A DNA stretch of 64,000 bases from Longimicrobiales bacterium. GTDB lineage: Bacteria > Gemmatimonadota > Gemmatimonadetes > Longimicrobiales > Gaopeijiaceae. The notes beneath the pieces are model-generated. The model did no database searches. It had not been told where the DNA came from and saw only the letters and a program-made list of their open reading frames with translations. The translations under genes were made by a program, and so were the position numbers. Below, piece by piece: positions 1 to 9,199 of the stretch. Numbering within the stretch: position 1 is the stretch's first letter; each line of letters starts with the position of its first letter. The stretch covers positions 1,248,001-1,312,000 of the forward strand of contig CBDAON010000004.1 of the NCBI GenBank assembly GCA_965198065.1, read 5' to 3'.

Positions 1-612
1 GTGGATCTCGTCGCCCGGCTGTACGAGTGCGGTCCGGGCACGATCCTGATGGACGGACGGGACGTACGGGAGCTTTCGGTGCCGTCGTTCCACCGGCGCA
101 TGGCTCTGGTCAGCCAGGAGACCTGGCTCCTGAACCGCTCCCTGCGCGAGAACCTGTGCTTCGGGCTGCGGAGTCCTCCCCCGGACGCCGTGCTCCTCGA
201 TCTATTGAGGCAGCTGGCCATGGACGACTTGATGTCGCGTCTTCCCGCCGGCCTCGATACGGAAGTCGGAGATCGCGGGGTGCGCCTCTCCGGGGGGCAA
301 CGCCAACGCATCGACATTGCCCGGGCTCTGCTTCGGGAGCCCGACCTCGTCATCCTGGACGAAGCGACCTCCGCCCTGGACAGCGTCGTGGAGCGACAGG
401 TGCTCGAGACCGTGCTGGACCGCCTGGCCAGACGGACCGTAATCTTCGTCGCTCACCGGCTCTCCACCGTGCGCGCGGCCGATCTCATCCTAGTGATGCG
501 AAGAGGGCAGATCGTCGAGTCCGGAGCATGGGGAGAGCTGCTCGAGCTGGAGGGCGAGTTCTTCGACCTTCATCGAGCCCAGCTCGGCCGCACGGGAAGC
601 CCAGCCGGCTGA
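1..612 (+). CDS. ABC exporter ATP-binding domain, C-terminal part (gene starts left of the window)
   Basis: Q-loop VSQE, signature LSGGQRQR, Walker B VILDEATS, H-loop VAHRLST. Confidence 0.9.
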   Translation: MDLVARLYECGPGTILMDGRDVRELSVPSFHRRMALVSQETWLLNRSLRENLCFGLRSPPPDAVLLDLLRQLAMDDLMSRLPAGLDTEVGDRGVRLSGGQRQRIDIARALLREPDLVILDEATSALDSVVERQVLETVLDRLARRTVIFVAHRLSTVRAADLILVMRRGQIVESGAWGELLELEGEFFDLHRAQLGRTGSPAG

Positions 613-966
613 GCGTACGATGGCCCGGCGAAGACGTCGTCTGTCTCGGGGTTCGTCCACAGGATCCCCTTCTTACTGTCGCTGAACTCCCAGAAGGCCA
701 GCCAGAAGATGCCCGAGGCGGTGACAGCGTTTCCCGAGTCATCCTGACCAAAACCATCTACCAGCATGTGACACCTCCCCAAGCAGTAGGGTGAGGGCGA
801 ACACCACCACCAGGTTGTCCTCCCGGGCCAGGAGGACTGAGCCGTCGGTGAACGTTTCGATCAGCCCGGCTATGTACTCCGCGCACAGATCACATATTTG
901 CATCCCGGCTTATGTCCCCTGACTCGAGCACGCCGACGCCGCTTGGGGCGCGGTGACGGCGCTACC

Positions 967-1834
967 TTACTTCCCGAGCGCGAGGAGCACGCCTGCCCTT
1001 TGAGCCGCGCGAAGGACCCGCGCCTCCCGGCGCCAGGCAGACAGGGAGCTCTCGGGCGGCAGCCCGACCGACCGCCGTCTTCGCTTCACGTCGGACAGGA
1101 GGCGCTCGAGCGTCGGAGATGGAACGGGCCCGATGAAGTGCAGGATCGGCTTGGAGGGGCGGGCCGGATCGAGTGAGAGGATCTCCGCCGGCCAGTACAT
1201 GGGCCCCGGGGAAGGGAACGTGTGGAACCCCATTCGCCCACCGGCCACGCCGAAGCCCAGCTCGTCCCCCAGGAAGCGCCACGGCCGGAGCCGACTCCTT
1301 AACGCGGGGCGCACTTCCTCGACGTAGCAGCGGAAGCACTCCTCCATTGCCTCGGGCCCACCTTCCCTCCGAACGTGGAAGACCCCGCTATTCGTCTTGA
1401 GGTACGCGGGAAGGTCGAGCCGCTCCATCAGCTCGCGGGTCGAGAAACCGTGGTGGTGCCTGTCGTCGGTCGGGCCGAGGAGCTCGCCCGCCATCGTGAG
1501 AGGTCCGGGGCCGGTCCCGGACCACACGGGCTCGGGATCGGAGAGCGCCAGGCAGTCGGCGTCGATGAACATGGTTTCGTCCAGCGGCGAGGCGGCGGCG
1601 ACCCCGAACTTCCTGGCCCGGCCGTCCAGGAAGCGGCGCTCGACCCGGACGATCTCGGCGAAAACGCCCGGAAAGACTGTCCCTCGCGAGCGCCCCCAGC
1701 TTCTCGTCGGCGGCCAGCAGGACCGGCAGGGTGGTTCGCTCCCCGAGCGAGAGCGCCAGATCCACGGCCATCTCGAGGTACGGTCGGCGGCCGACGGCCA
1801 TCGTGAGATAGCCGCGGTCGCGGGAGTAGCTCAC
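967..1834 (-). pseudogene. GT-A fold glycosyltransferase (GT8-like), split by a frameshift near 1677
   Basis: GTG at 1834 overlaps the upstream stop (GTGA). Frame 1 reads RGYLTMAVGRRPYLEMAVDLALSL. After a +1 shift it reads FPGVFAEIVRV...RKF...TMFIDADCL (DxD)...NSGVF...GDE...ILHF. Confidence 0.7.
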
Positions 1835-3360
1835 GGGAGCGTCGGGCTGGGCTCGCGGCGGAACACTCCGGCCCACTGGAGGAGCACCACGAGGGCGAGG
1901 CACATGCCCCAGAAGGCGAGGGGAAGCGTCCAGAGGAGCTCGCCGCGAACGACGAGAACGCCCAGACCCAGCGCGCAGTACGCGACGACGATGAGCTCCA
2001 GGAAGAACGTCCAGTGAAGCGGATTGGGGTACGGCCGGTCGGCGCCAAGCGCGCTCAGCTCGTGAGCCGCCGGGGATCGCCGACGCTTCGGGGTGCGGCG
2101 GAACTCGCCCGTCCGGCTGAGGATGCCCTGCACCTGCCCCACGGTATTCGCGATCATCAGCCCTACCCCCAGGCACACGCCAGCCAGGATCCGCACCAGG
2201 GACCCGGCCGACAGGGGATCGCCCCGCTCCCTCGAGGCGAGGAGGAAGCTCAGCGGGGCAACCAGGATGAGCAGGGTGAGGACCACCTGGAGGCCGATGA
2301 AGAGGGCCCGATCCATATACAGGACCGCCCACGGCCAGAGGACGAGGTTGGCCAGGAGAATCGGGTGGATGGCGTAGCCCGCGAGAAGGTGCATCTCCTC
2401 CCACCGGTCGCGGATGAGCCCCGATCGGAGAACGCTTCGCGTCAGCTTCCGAAGGCACTGCGCGTTCCCTCGCGCCCATCGGTGCTGCTGGAGCTTGAAG
2501 GCTCGAATGTCTCCGGGGAGGTCGCTAGGCACCGCCACGTCACGGAAGTACCGACCTCTCCAGCCACCGAGCGCGCAACGATAGCTCAGATCGAGGTCCT
2601 CGGTCAGGCTGTCGGTGGCCCACCCCCCCACGGCGTCGATGGCTTCGCGCCGCCAGATACCGGCCGAGCCGTTGAAACTCGTGACGTTTCCCATGTACGC
2701 CTTCGTCGGCTTCTGAACGAAGAAGTGTCGGTCCATGAGCAAGCCGACGGCCGAGTGGAAGAGGCTCCGGATCGAGCCGCTCCACGCCCAGCGCGCCTGA
2801 GCGAAGGCGACCCTTGGGTCCTCGAACGCGTCTTCCTCCACGAGGAGCCGACGCAGAAACGACGGATCCCGCTGGAAGTCTGCGTCGAAGATCGCCACGA
2901 ACCCGGCGGAGGAGTGCTTGAGCCCCTCCGCGAGGGCCCCCGCTTTGTACCCGGTTCTCCGGTCCCGCCGAATGTGGCGGATGTGTACGCCCCGGTCGCG
3001 GACTCCCTCGACGAGGCGGGCCACGATCTGGGTCGTTTCGTCGGTCGAATCATCCAGCACCTGGACATCGAACCGATTGAGCGGATACTCCTGCGCGGCG
3101 GCCGCGAGGATCACCTGCTCGGCGGAGGTCCGTTCGTTGTAGAGAGGGATCTGGATCGTGACGGACGGGGGGAGCCCGTTCGAGCGCGCGGAGCCGTTCG
3201 GAGAGACCCCGTTGCCGAGGTGCGCCGCGCGCGAGGAAACCGAGTCGCGGATCTCCCTCCGGTGCCGGACGAATCGAGAGAGGAGCCTCAACTCGAAGAA
3301 CGCGAAAGCCGCCCCGAGGGTCGCGGCCGTCAAATAGAGGGCAGAGATAGCGAGCGGCAT
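1831..3360 (-). CDS. GT2 processive glycosyltransferase (cellulose-synthase-like)
   Basis: QIPLYNE, DDSTD, KAGAL, FDADF, TEDLD and QQHRW (D,D,D,QxxRW) motifs; N- and C-terminal TM helices. Confidence 0.9.
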   Translation of the reverse strand: MPLAISALYLTAATLGAAFAFFELRLLSRFVRHRREIRDSVSSRAAHLGNGVSPNGSARSNGLPPSVTIQIPLYNERTSAEQVILAAAAQEYPLNRFDVQVLDDSTDETTQIVARLVEGVRDRGVHIRHIRRDRRTGYKAGALAEGLKHSSAGFVAIFDADFQRDPSFLRRLLVEEDAFEDPRVAFAQARWAWSGSIRSLFHSAVGLLMDRHFFVQKPTKAYMGNVTSFNGSAGIWRREAIDAVGGWATDSLTEDLDLSYRCALGGWRGRYFRDVAVPSDLPGDIRAFKLQQHRWARGNAQCLRKLTRSVLRSGLIRDRWEEMHLLAGYAIHPILLANLVLWPWAVLYMDRALFIGLQVVLTLLILVAPLSFLLASRERGDPLSAGSLVRILAGVCLGVGLMIANTVGQVQGILSRTGEFRRTPKRRRSPAAHELSALGADRPYPNPLHWTFFLELIVVAYCALGLGVLVVRGELLWTLPLAFWGMCLALVVLLQWAGVFRREPSPTLP

Positions 3361-3516
3361 GCGTACCGTGAAGCGGGCGAGGGCTCCTCGAAAAGGGGCG
3401 CGGTGGCCTCATTTCTCGCGCGACCCGCTAGGGTACCGCGTCCCCTCGGGCGAAGGCAACCCCGCCGACCCGGCCGCTTGCGATTTCCATGGCGGTTGGG
3501 GAAAGTTTGAAGCCCG

Positions 3517-5319
3517 ATGAGATTCCGCACCGTCGATCCGCAGAGCGTGCCGTCCGGAGGGCGGAGTGCGTCCGGGGCCGCCGGCCGGCTGGCCGTGATC
3601 GTGACGTGTCTCGTCGCTCCCGGGGTCGCGCGAGCGCAGGACCAGGGCGCGATCCCTTCGTGCCCGGCGGGGCGCGTCACCGCCGTCGAGATCCGAAACG
3701 GCTCGGTCTTCGACCCGAGCACGACTGAGAGCTCGTTCCTCGGCACGATGTACCGCGCTGCGAACATGGCTCACGTCCGCACCCGCGAGGGCTTCATTCG
3801 CTCGGAGCTCCTGCTCGAGGAAGGCGACTGCTTCGATCCGGTCCTGGCGGAGGACTCTCAGCTGATCCTCGACCGTCACGGGTTCCTTCGCCAGGCTGTC
3901 TTGCGTGCGGAGGACGACGGACAAGGCGGCCGTCGGCTGGTCGTGGAGACGTCGGACGAGTGGTCGCTCGGAGTGTGGCTGGGTGTCACGTACGACGAGG
4001 GCGTGAACCTGGAGCGGGTCCACGTCTGGGACCGGAACTTCCTCGGGCGGGGAATCGTGGCCGAGGCGAGCCTGGACCAGTACCGGGATCGAAATGACCG
4101 CGCCCTCCGACTCTACACCCCGCGCCTCTTCGGGCGCGGCGAGCTGACGCTCTCGTGGGGGCGCGCGCGCCGCGGAGAGTTCCTCGGACTGGTCCTAGCT
4201 TATCCGTTCGTGGGAGAGACCGGTCGATTCTCCCTGCGGCAGGCCTATTCCCGGAGCCCGGGCGACTTCACGTACGCGACGGGCGGCCGCGAGGACGTCA
4301 CCCACGTCGTCGTACCGGTCCGCCGGGAGGCCTTCGAGGTTGCGGCCGGGCGACGCTTCGGCGAGCCGGACCGGTCCACGATCTTCGGGATCTCGATCGC
4401 CCGCCAGGAGGTGCTATTTCCGGGCGATCCCGAGCGGGTGTTCGGGAGTGACTTCGGATTGGGGGACACGACGGACCACGCCGATCTGGACGAAGGGATC
4501 GTCCGACAGCGGCGTCCGCTCGGAGGTACTCTGATTGCGGTTCATCTGGGCGCGCGTCACTTCCGCTACGAGGAGTTTCGCGGGCTGGACGCGGTGCGTG
4601 AGGAGCAGACGGTGGGCCTCGGTTTCTTCGCGGGAATGAGCGTCGGGCGAGGGCTCGGGCTCCTTGCGCCGGACGGCGTGCCGGAGGACTCGGATTCGTA
4701 CGTCCGCACGCACGCGAGCTTCGGGCGAGTCCTGGGCGGGGCCCTCTTTCACGGGGGCACGACCGTGGAGGCCCGACGGGGCGAGGGGTGGCGGGACATC
4801 CTGGCCGAAGGGGACGTCGTCGCCTACGGGCGCGCATCGTGGCTCCCGCACCAGACCGTTTTCGCCCGGGCGTCGTTCGCCGCCGGCTGGCGGACGGAGG
4901 TTCCCTTCCAGCTCACGCTCGGGGGGCGCGACGGCGTGCGCTCGCTTCACGAGGACCAGTTCCCCGGCGGACGTGAGGTTCTCTTCACGCTGGAGGACCG
5001 GATCGCGCTCCCCTGGCCACGCTGGGGCGTCGGCGACCTGGGGGCCACGGTGTTCGGCGATCTGGGCCGCGTTTGGCGCGGAGACGTTCCCTACGGGGTC
5101 GACTCGGGGTGGAAGGGAGGGGTGGGAATCGGGCTCCGGATCGCCGTTCCGTCGGGATCCCGTATCGTATTGCGGCCCGACGTGACCTTTCCCCTCGGAC
5201 CGGGTCGGGGCGATCCGATCGTCCGGATCACCGTGGAGACGAACCGCATCCGGGCCGGGTTCTTCACGCCCGAGCTCTCCAGAAGCCGGCAGTTTCGGCG
5301 GGGTCCCGAGCACTTCTGA
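3517..5319 (+). CDS. Omp85 (BamA/TamA)-family outer membrane protein
   Basis: Signal peptide ending ARA-Q, POTRA-like TREGFIRSELLLEEGD, NFLGRG, LGGRDGVRSL, FGDLGRVW, GIGLR, C-terminal Phe. Confidence 0.8.
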   Translation: MRFRTVDPQSVPSGGRSASGAAGRLAVIVTCLVAPGVARAQDQGAIPSCPAGRVTAVEIRNGSVFDPSTTESSFLGTMYRAANMAHVRTREGFIRSELLLEEGDCFDPVLAEDSQLILDRHGFLRQAVLRAEDDGQGGRRLVVETSDEWSLGVWLGVTYDEGVNLERVHVWDRNFLGRGIVAEASLDQYRDRNDRALRLYTPRLFGRGELTLSWGRARRGEFLGLVLAYPFVGETGRFSLRQAYSRSPGDFTYATGGREDVTHVVVPVRREAFEVAAGRRFGEPDRSTIFGISIARQEVLFPGDPERVFGSDFGLGDTTDHADLDEGIVRQRRPLGGTLIAVHLGARHFRYEEFRGLDAVREEQTVGLGFFAGMSVGRGLGLLAPDGVPEDSDSYVRTHASFGRVLGGALFHGGTTVEARRGEGWRDILAEGDVVAYGRASWLPHQTVFARASFAAGWRTEVPFQLTLGGRDGVRSLHEDQFPGGREVLFTLEDRIALPWPRWGVGDLGATVFGDLGRVWRGDVPYGVDSGWKGGVGIGLRIAVPSGSRIVLRPDVTFPLGPGRGDPIVRITVETNRIRAGFFTPELSRSRQFRRGPEHF

Positions 5320-5342
5320 CCAAGCTGCTTAGCGGATCTTGC

Positions 5343-5371
5343 TAGACAATGCCTCCCCCGGGGCGTAAACT
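5343..5371 (+). promoter_or_regulatory. Putative sigma70 promoter TAGACA-N17-TAAACT
   Basis: Near-consensus hexamers with 17-nt spacer in the intergenic region upstream of the NHL gene. Confidence 0.55.
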
Positions 5372-5491
5372 GGCCCCTAATCCCATGTACACGGACCGCT
5401 CGTACGGAGCGTCGTCATGCCGCTCCTACGGCGCAGCCTTCCCTTCGGGCGGCAGGATAGGAGCGTGCGGACGAGCATGAAAGGAGGCAGC

Positions 5492-6676
5492 ATGAAGAGG
5501 AGACGCCAATTCTGGTTTGCGGCGGGCCTCGGCGGGGCCGTCGCCGTTCTACTCGTTGTCCAGGCCTGCGCCGAGAGGGGGATCGCGACTCAGGGGGTCG
5601 CGCCGATGTTCGAGGTAGATCCTTACTGGCCGCAGCCCATGCCGAATGCCTGGCTCCTGGGCAGCTCCATCGGCGTGTGGGTGGACGACTCGGACGTGAT
5701 CTGGATGGTCCACCGAGGCAACCTCACGGGAGGCGAGGCCGGGGCGGTCAATGGGGGGGCCGAGTGCTGCATCCCGGCGCCGCCCATCCTCGCGTTCGAC
5801 CTGGAGGGGAACGTTGTCCATGCCTGGGGGCCCGAGGCCGGAGCCATGTACCAGGGGGCCGAGTGGCCCAGCTCGAACCACGGGATCTTCGTGGACCACG
5901 AGGGCTACGTCTGGGTCGGCGGCAACGGCGGCGGTGATTCGCACATCCTGAAGCTCACCCAGGACGGGGACGTGGTGCAACAGTTCGGCCACGCGAACGC
6001 CCGGGCCGACGAGTCGGGCAACATGGTGCGCGGGAGCCACGACACGGAGAGCTTTGGCCGCGTGGCCAAGATCTTCGTGGACGAGGTGACGAACGAGGTG
6101 TACCTCGCGGACGGCTACTTCAACCGGCGCGTGGCGGTCCTGAACCAAGAAACCGGCCTGGTGGACCGTTACTGGGGCGCGTACGGGAACCCGCCCGACG
6201 ACGATTACGAGCACCCGGAAGGTGGCGCCGTGTCGCAGCAGTTCCGGGGGCCGGTGCACTGCGCCGACGTGTCTGTGGACCGGCTCGTCTACGTCTGCGA
6301 CCGGGGCAGCAGGCGCATCCAGGTCTTCACGACCGCGGGAGAGTTCGTCAGCGAGCACTTCTTCGGAACCATCGGTGCCTCGACCTGGGACGTGGCCTTC
6401 TCGCCCGACCCCGAGCAGACCTACATGTACATCCCGGACGGGACGAACCAGAGGGTCCGCGTGGTGCTGCGCGAGACGATGCAGGAGCTCACGACCTTCG
6501 GCCAGGGGGGACGCTACCCGGGCATGTTCTTCGGAGCTCACAGCATTGCCACCGACTCGCAGGGCAACATCTACACGACGGAAACTTACGAGGGCAAGCG
6601 CATCCAGAAGTTCGTCAACATGGGCGAGGGCCCGGTCACGCCGGGTGACCAGGGACAGCCCCGGCCGGGGCTGTAA
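5492..6676 (+). CDS. Secreted NHL-repeat beta-propeller, peptidyl-alpha-hydroxyglycine amidating lyase-like
   Basis: SD AAGGAGG at 5481-5487; signal/anchor sequence; FEVDPYWP, HGIFVD, YLADGYFNRRV, VHC, YVCDR, HSIATDSQGNIY. Confidence 0.8.
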   Translation: MKRRRQFWFAAGLGGAVAVLLVVQACAERGIATQGVAPMFEVDPYWPQPMPNAWLLGSSIGVWVDDSDVIWMVHRGNLTGGEAGAVNGGAECCIPAPPILAFDLEGNVVHAWGPEAGAMYQGAEWPSSNHGIFVDHEGYVWVGGNGGGDSHILKLTQDGDVVQQFGHANARADESGNMVRGSHDTESFGRVAKIFVDEVTNEVYLADGYFNRRVAVLNQETGLVDRYWGAYGNPPDDDYEHPEGGAVSQQFRGPVHCADVSVDRLVYVCDRGSRRIQVFTTAGEFVSEHFFGTIGASTWDVAFSPDPEQTYMYIPDGTNQRVRVVLRETMQELTTFGQGGRYPGMFFGAHSIATDSQGNIYTTETYEGKRIQKFVNMGEGPVTPGDQGQPRPGL

Positions 6677-6726
6677 CCCGACCTTGACGTAAGCGCCGGC
6701 CACTCCAGGCCCGGCTTCAAGAGCGA

Positions 6727-6761
6727 ACGGCCCCGCCGGTCAGCCAGACCGGCGGGGCCGT
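6727..6761. terminator. Probable bidirectional terminator hairpin
   Basis: Perfect 15-bp inverted repeat ACGGCCCCGCCGGTC-agcca-GACCGGCGGGGCCGT between convergent genes; no clear U-tract. Confidence 0.7.
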
Positions 6762-6764
6762 CGT

Positions 6765-7301
6765 CTATCTCTCTCTGAGCCCCCCTTCCTCCAGGACGAA
6801 GCGGCGCTCGTAGGCGACGGACGGGCAGCACGGCGGATCGTCGGGCCCGTAGTCGAGCACGTGGACGATGATCTCGCCCTCCTGATATCGAATCCCTTCC
6901 ACGCGCATCCGCTCCCCGAGCGAGAGCGACGACACGTGGGTCAGCTCGCCGTCCACCTGACGAGCGACCACGAGCTCGGTCTGGGTCTCCGCGCCGCCAC
7001 GGGTCGTATAGAGGATCCCGGTCGTGACGGGGGCCCCCGGCGTGTCCAGGACTCCCGTGAGGTGCAGGTCGTCGAGCACGATCTCTACGCTCTCGTCGTC
7101 GAGGAGCGCCCGACGCTCCTCGAGCCGCACCGCGCGTCCTCCCAGGGCCTCGACCCGGACCTCGAGGTTCTCGAACGCGGTCCCAGGGTCAGCGGCTTCA
7201 CCTCCGCACGCGCCCAGCCCGAGGGCCATGAGGGCAACCGGAAGGGTGGGCATGGAGCGGGTTGGCGCGGGGCTGGTCCGGAGAGCAGGCGTTCGCTTCA
7301 T
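6765..7301 (-). CDS. Lipoprotein with C-terminal DDPPCCPS motif (LppP/LprE-like); start uncertain
   Basis: Lipobox LGAC after a hydrophobic stretch; GGAET and DDPPCCPS motifs. Confidence 0.65.
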   Translation of the reverse strand: MKRTPALRTSPAPTRSMPTLPVALMALGLGACGGEAADPGTAFENLEVRVEALGGRAVRLEERRALLDDESVEIVLDDLHLTGVLDTPGAPVTTGILYTTRGGAETQTELVVARQVDGELTHVSSLSLGERMRVEGIRYQEGEIIVHVLDYGPDDPPCCPSVAYERRFVLEEGGLRER

Positions 7302-7432
7302 TCGTGGGGAGGGGGAGACGAAGGGTTGGCGGAAACGCTCTGGGCGGGGGGACCGTGAACTCGCCCCCCTGAATACGGGAACGATCGGGAGGACACGCAA
7401 GGGGCGGAGGGGACACAGGTGGAAGGGAACAC

Positions 7433-7891
7433 GTGACCGAATCGACGGGGGAGCGGAAGGGGGTGGGCGCCCCCCGAGCGGGCGAGCCCCGGGTTCGGGT
7501 CGTGGCCGCGGTCATCCAACGGGCGGGTCGTGTGCTGGTTGCCCGTCGCCCGGACGGGAAGCGGCATGCGGGGCTCTGGGAGTTTCCCGGCGGGAAGGTC
7601 GCAAACGGGGAGTCGGCGAGAGACGCCCTAGCGCGAGAACTCTGGGAGGAGCTCGGGGTCGGGCTCGCATCTCACGGCCCCGAGATCTTCGCGTTTCCGG
7701 ATCCGGGGTCGGAGCACTCCGTTCACTTCCATCCGGTCCGCATCCTGGGGTCCCCCAGAGCAATCGATCACGCCGAGCTCCGGTGGTGTGACGGTGAGGC
7801 GCTGGCGAGTCTCGACATGGCGCCCGCGGACGCGCGCGTTGCCCGATTCCTGGTCGCGGACCTTTTGGGAGAAACGCGCCAGCGAGGATGA
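7433..7891 (+). CDS. Nudix hydrolase, MutT/NudG type
   Basis: VVAAVI, WEFPGGK, Nudix box GGKVANGESARDALARELWEELG, MAPAD. Confidence 0.88.
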   Translation: MTESTGERKGVGAPRAGEPRVRVVAAVIQRAGRVLVARRPDGKRHAGLWEFPGGKVANGESARDALARELWEELGVGLASHGPEIFAFPDPGSEHSVHFHPVRILGSPRAIDHAELRWCDGEALASLDMAPADARVARFLVADLLGETRQRG

Positions 7892-7914
7892 CTCGCCGGC
7901 GAGACCGCACATTC

Positions 7915-7943
7915 TTGACGGGCCCAGAGCGTGCGGCTAGTCT
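7915..7943 (+). promoter_or_regulatory. Putative sigma70 promoter TTGACG-N17-TAGTCT for the mrp operon
   Basis: Near-consensus hexamers, 17-nt spacer, about 90 nt upstream of mrpE. Confidence 0.6.
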
Positions 7944-8031
7944 CGCCGCGGTTCCGGCCCCTCCCCGGCGTTTCCCCGGGTCGTCCCGGCAGGAGCAGAC
8001 CGCACAGGTGAGAGCGAGTCGAGAGCCCAGC

Positions 8032-8514
8032 GTGCTCCACGTCCTGTCCCTGAGCAGCGTCGTCTTCGGTCTCTGGCTGCTCCTCTCCGGTCACTGGACG
8101 CCTCTGTTCCTGTTCCTGGGCGTTCTTTCCACGGCCGTGGCAGTCTCCCTCGCCCTCCGGATGGAAGTCGTGGAGGAGGAGGGCGTGCCGGTCGTCCATC
8201 TGAATTGGCGGATCCTCACGTACGTTCCGTGGCTGATCTGGAAGGTGCTCAAGTCGAACCTCGCGGTAGCTCGCCTGATCCTGGATCCCGGGCTCCCCAT
8301 AAGCCCGAAGATCGGGCGCATCCGTGGAAGGCAGCGGACCGATCTCGGACGGGTGATCTTCGCGAACTCGATCACGATGACCCCCGGGACCGTCACCGTG
8401 GCGGTGACGGGATCGGACTTACAGGTCCACGCCCTGTATCGTGAGGCGCTGGACGGCATGGAGGAGGGGGAAATGAACCGGAGGATCGCGGCACTGGAGA
8501 AGGGCGGCCCATGA
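8032..8514 (+). CDS. mrpE: Mrp Na+/H+ antiporter subunit E
   Basis: LWLLLSG, SNLAVA, ANSITMTPGT, VHAL; GTG 8032 chosen by family length. Confidence 0.9.
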   Translation: MLHVLSLSSVVFGLWLLLSGHWTPLFLFLGVLSTAVAVSLALRMEVVEEEGVPVVHLNWRILTYVPWLIWKVLKSNLAVARLILDPGLPISPKIGRIRGRQRTDLGRVIFANSITMTPGTVTVAVTGSDLQVHALYREALDGMEEGEMNRRIAALEKGGP

Positions 8515-8807
8515 CGGTGGCGCTCAGCGCGGCCGCGATCCTGGTCACGATGACGATGGCCATCGTGCGCGCGCTCCGCGGCCCGACTGTCTATGACCGG
8601 GTTCTCGCGGGCAACATGTTCGGGACGGCGACCGTGCTTCTCATCGCGGTGATCGGGTTCCTGACCGAGCGTCCGGACTTCCTGGACCTCGCCCTCCTCT
8701 ACGCCCTTCTCAGCTTCATCGGGACGATTGCCGTGCTCAAGTACGTGAGCTATCGGGACCTGGGGAAGGGGGGAGAGCAGACGGAGGAGGAGAAGTGGAA
8801 CTGGTGA
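8511..8807 (+). CDS. mrpF: Mrp subunit F
   Basis: RGPTVYDR, DLALLYALLSFIGT; ATGA overlap with mrpE. Confidence 0.9.
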   Translation: MTVALSAAAILVTMTMAIVRALRGPTVYDRVLAGNMFGTATVLLIAVIGFLTERPDFLDLALLYALLSFIGTIAVLKYVSYRDLGKGGEQTEEEKWNW

Positions 8808-9199
8808 TGTCCCTCGTGAGCGGCGCGCTTCTCGTCGCGGGGGCGTTCTTCATCCTCGTCGCCGGGATCGGCGTGCTCCGCCTCCCGGATGTCTTCACCC
8901 GCATGCACGCGGCGGGAATCAAGGACACGATGGGCTCGGCCCTGACCCTCGCGGGGCTCATGCTCGTGGCCGGCTTCTCCCTCGTGACCGTGAAGCTCCT
9001 CATCATCTGGGGGCTTCTCTGGCTCACCTGCTCGGTTGCGACGCACGCGGTCGCGCGGGCCGCCCTGCGTGGGGGCCTGGAGCCGATCCTGGCCGAGGGA
9101 GGATCGGTCCGGATGGCAACTGGAGCCGCCGACGGGGCCGCCACGGGGGAGTCGGAGGGCCGGACGGGCGGCGGCGTGGACCCTGGAGGCGCACGGTGA
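8795..9199 (+). CDS. mrpG: Mrp subunit G
   Basis: GVLRLPDVFTRMHAA, THAVARAA. Confidence 0.9.
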   Translation: MELVMSLVSGALLVAGAFFILVAGIGVLRLPDVFTRMHAAGIKDTMGSALTLAGLMLVAGFSLVTVKLLIIWGLLWLTCSVATHAVARAALRGGLEPILAEGGSVRMATGAADGAATGESEGRTGGGVDPGGAR

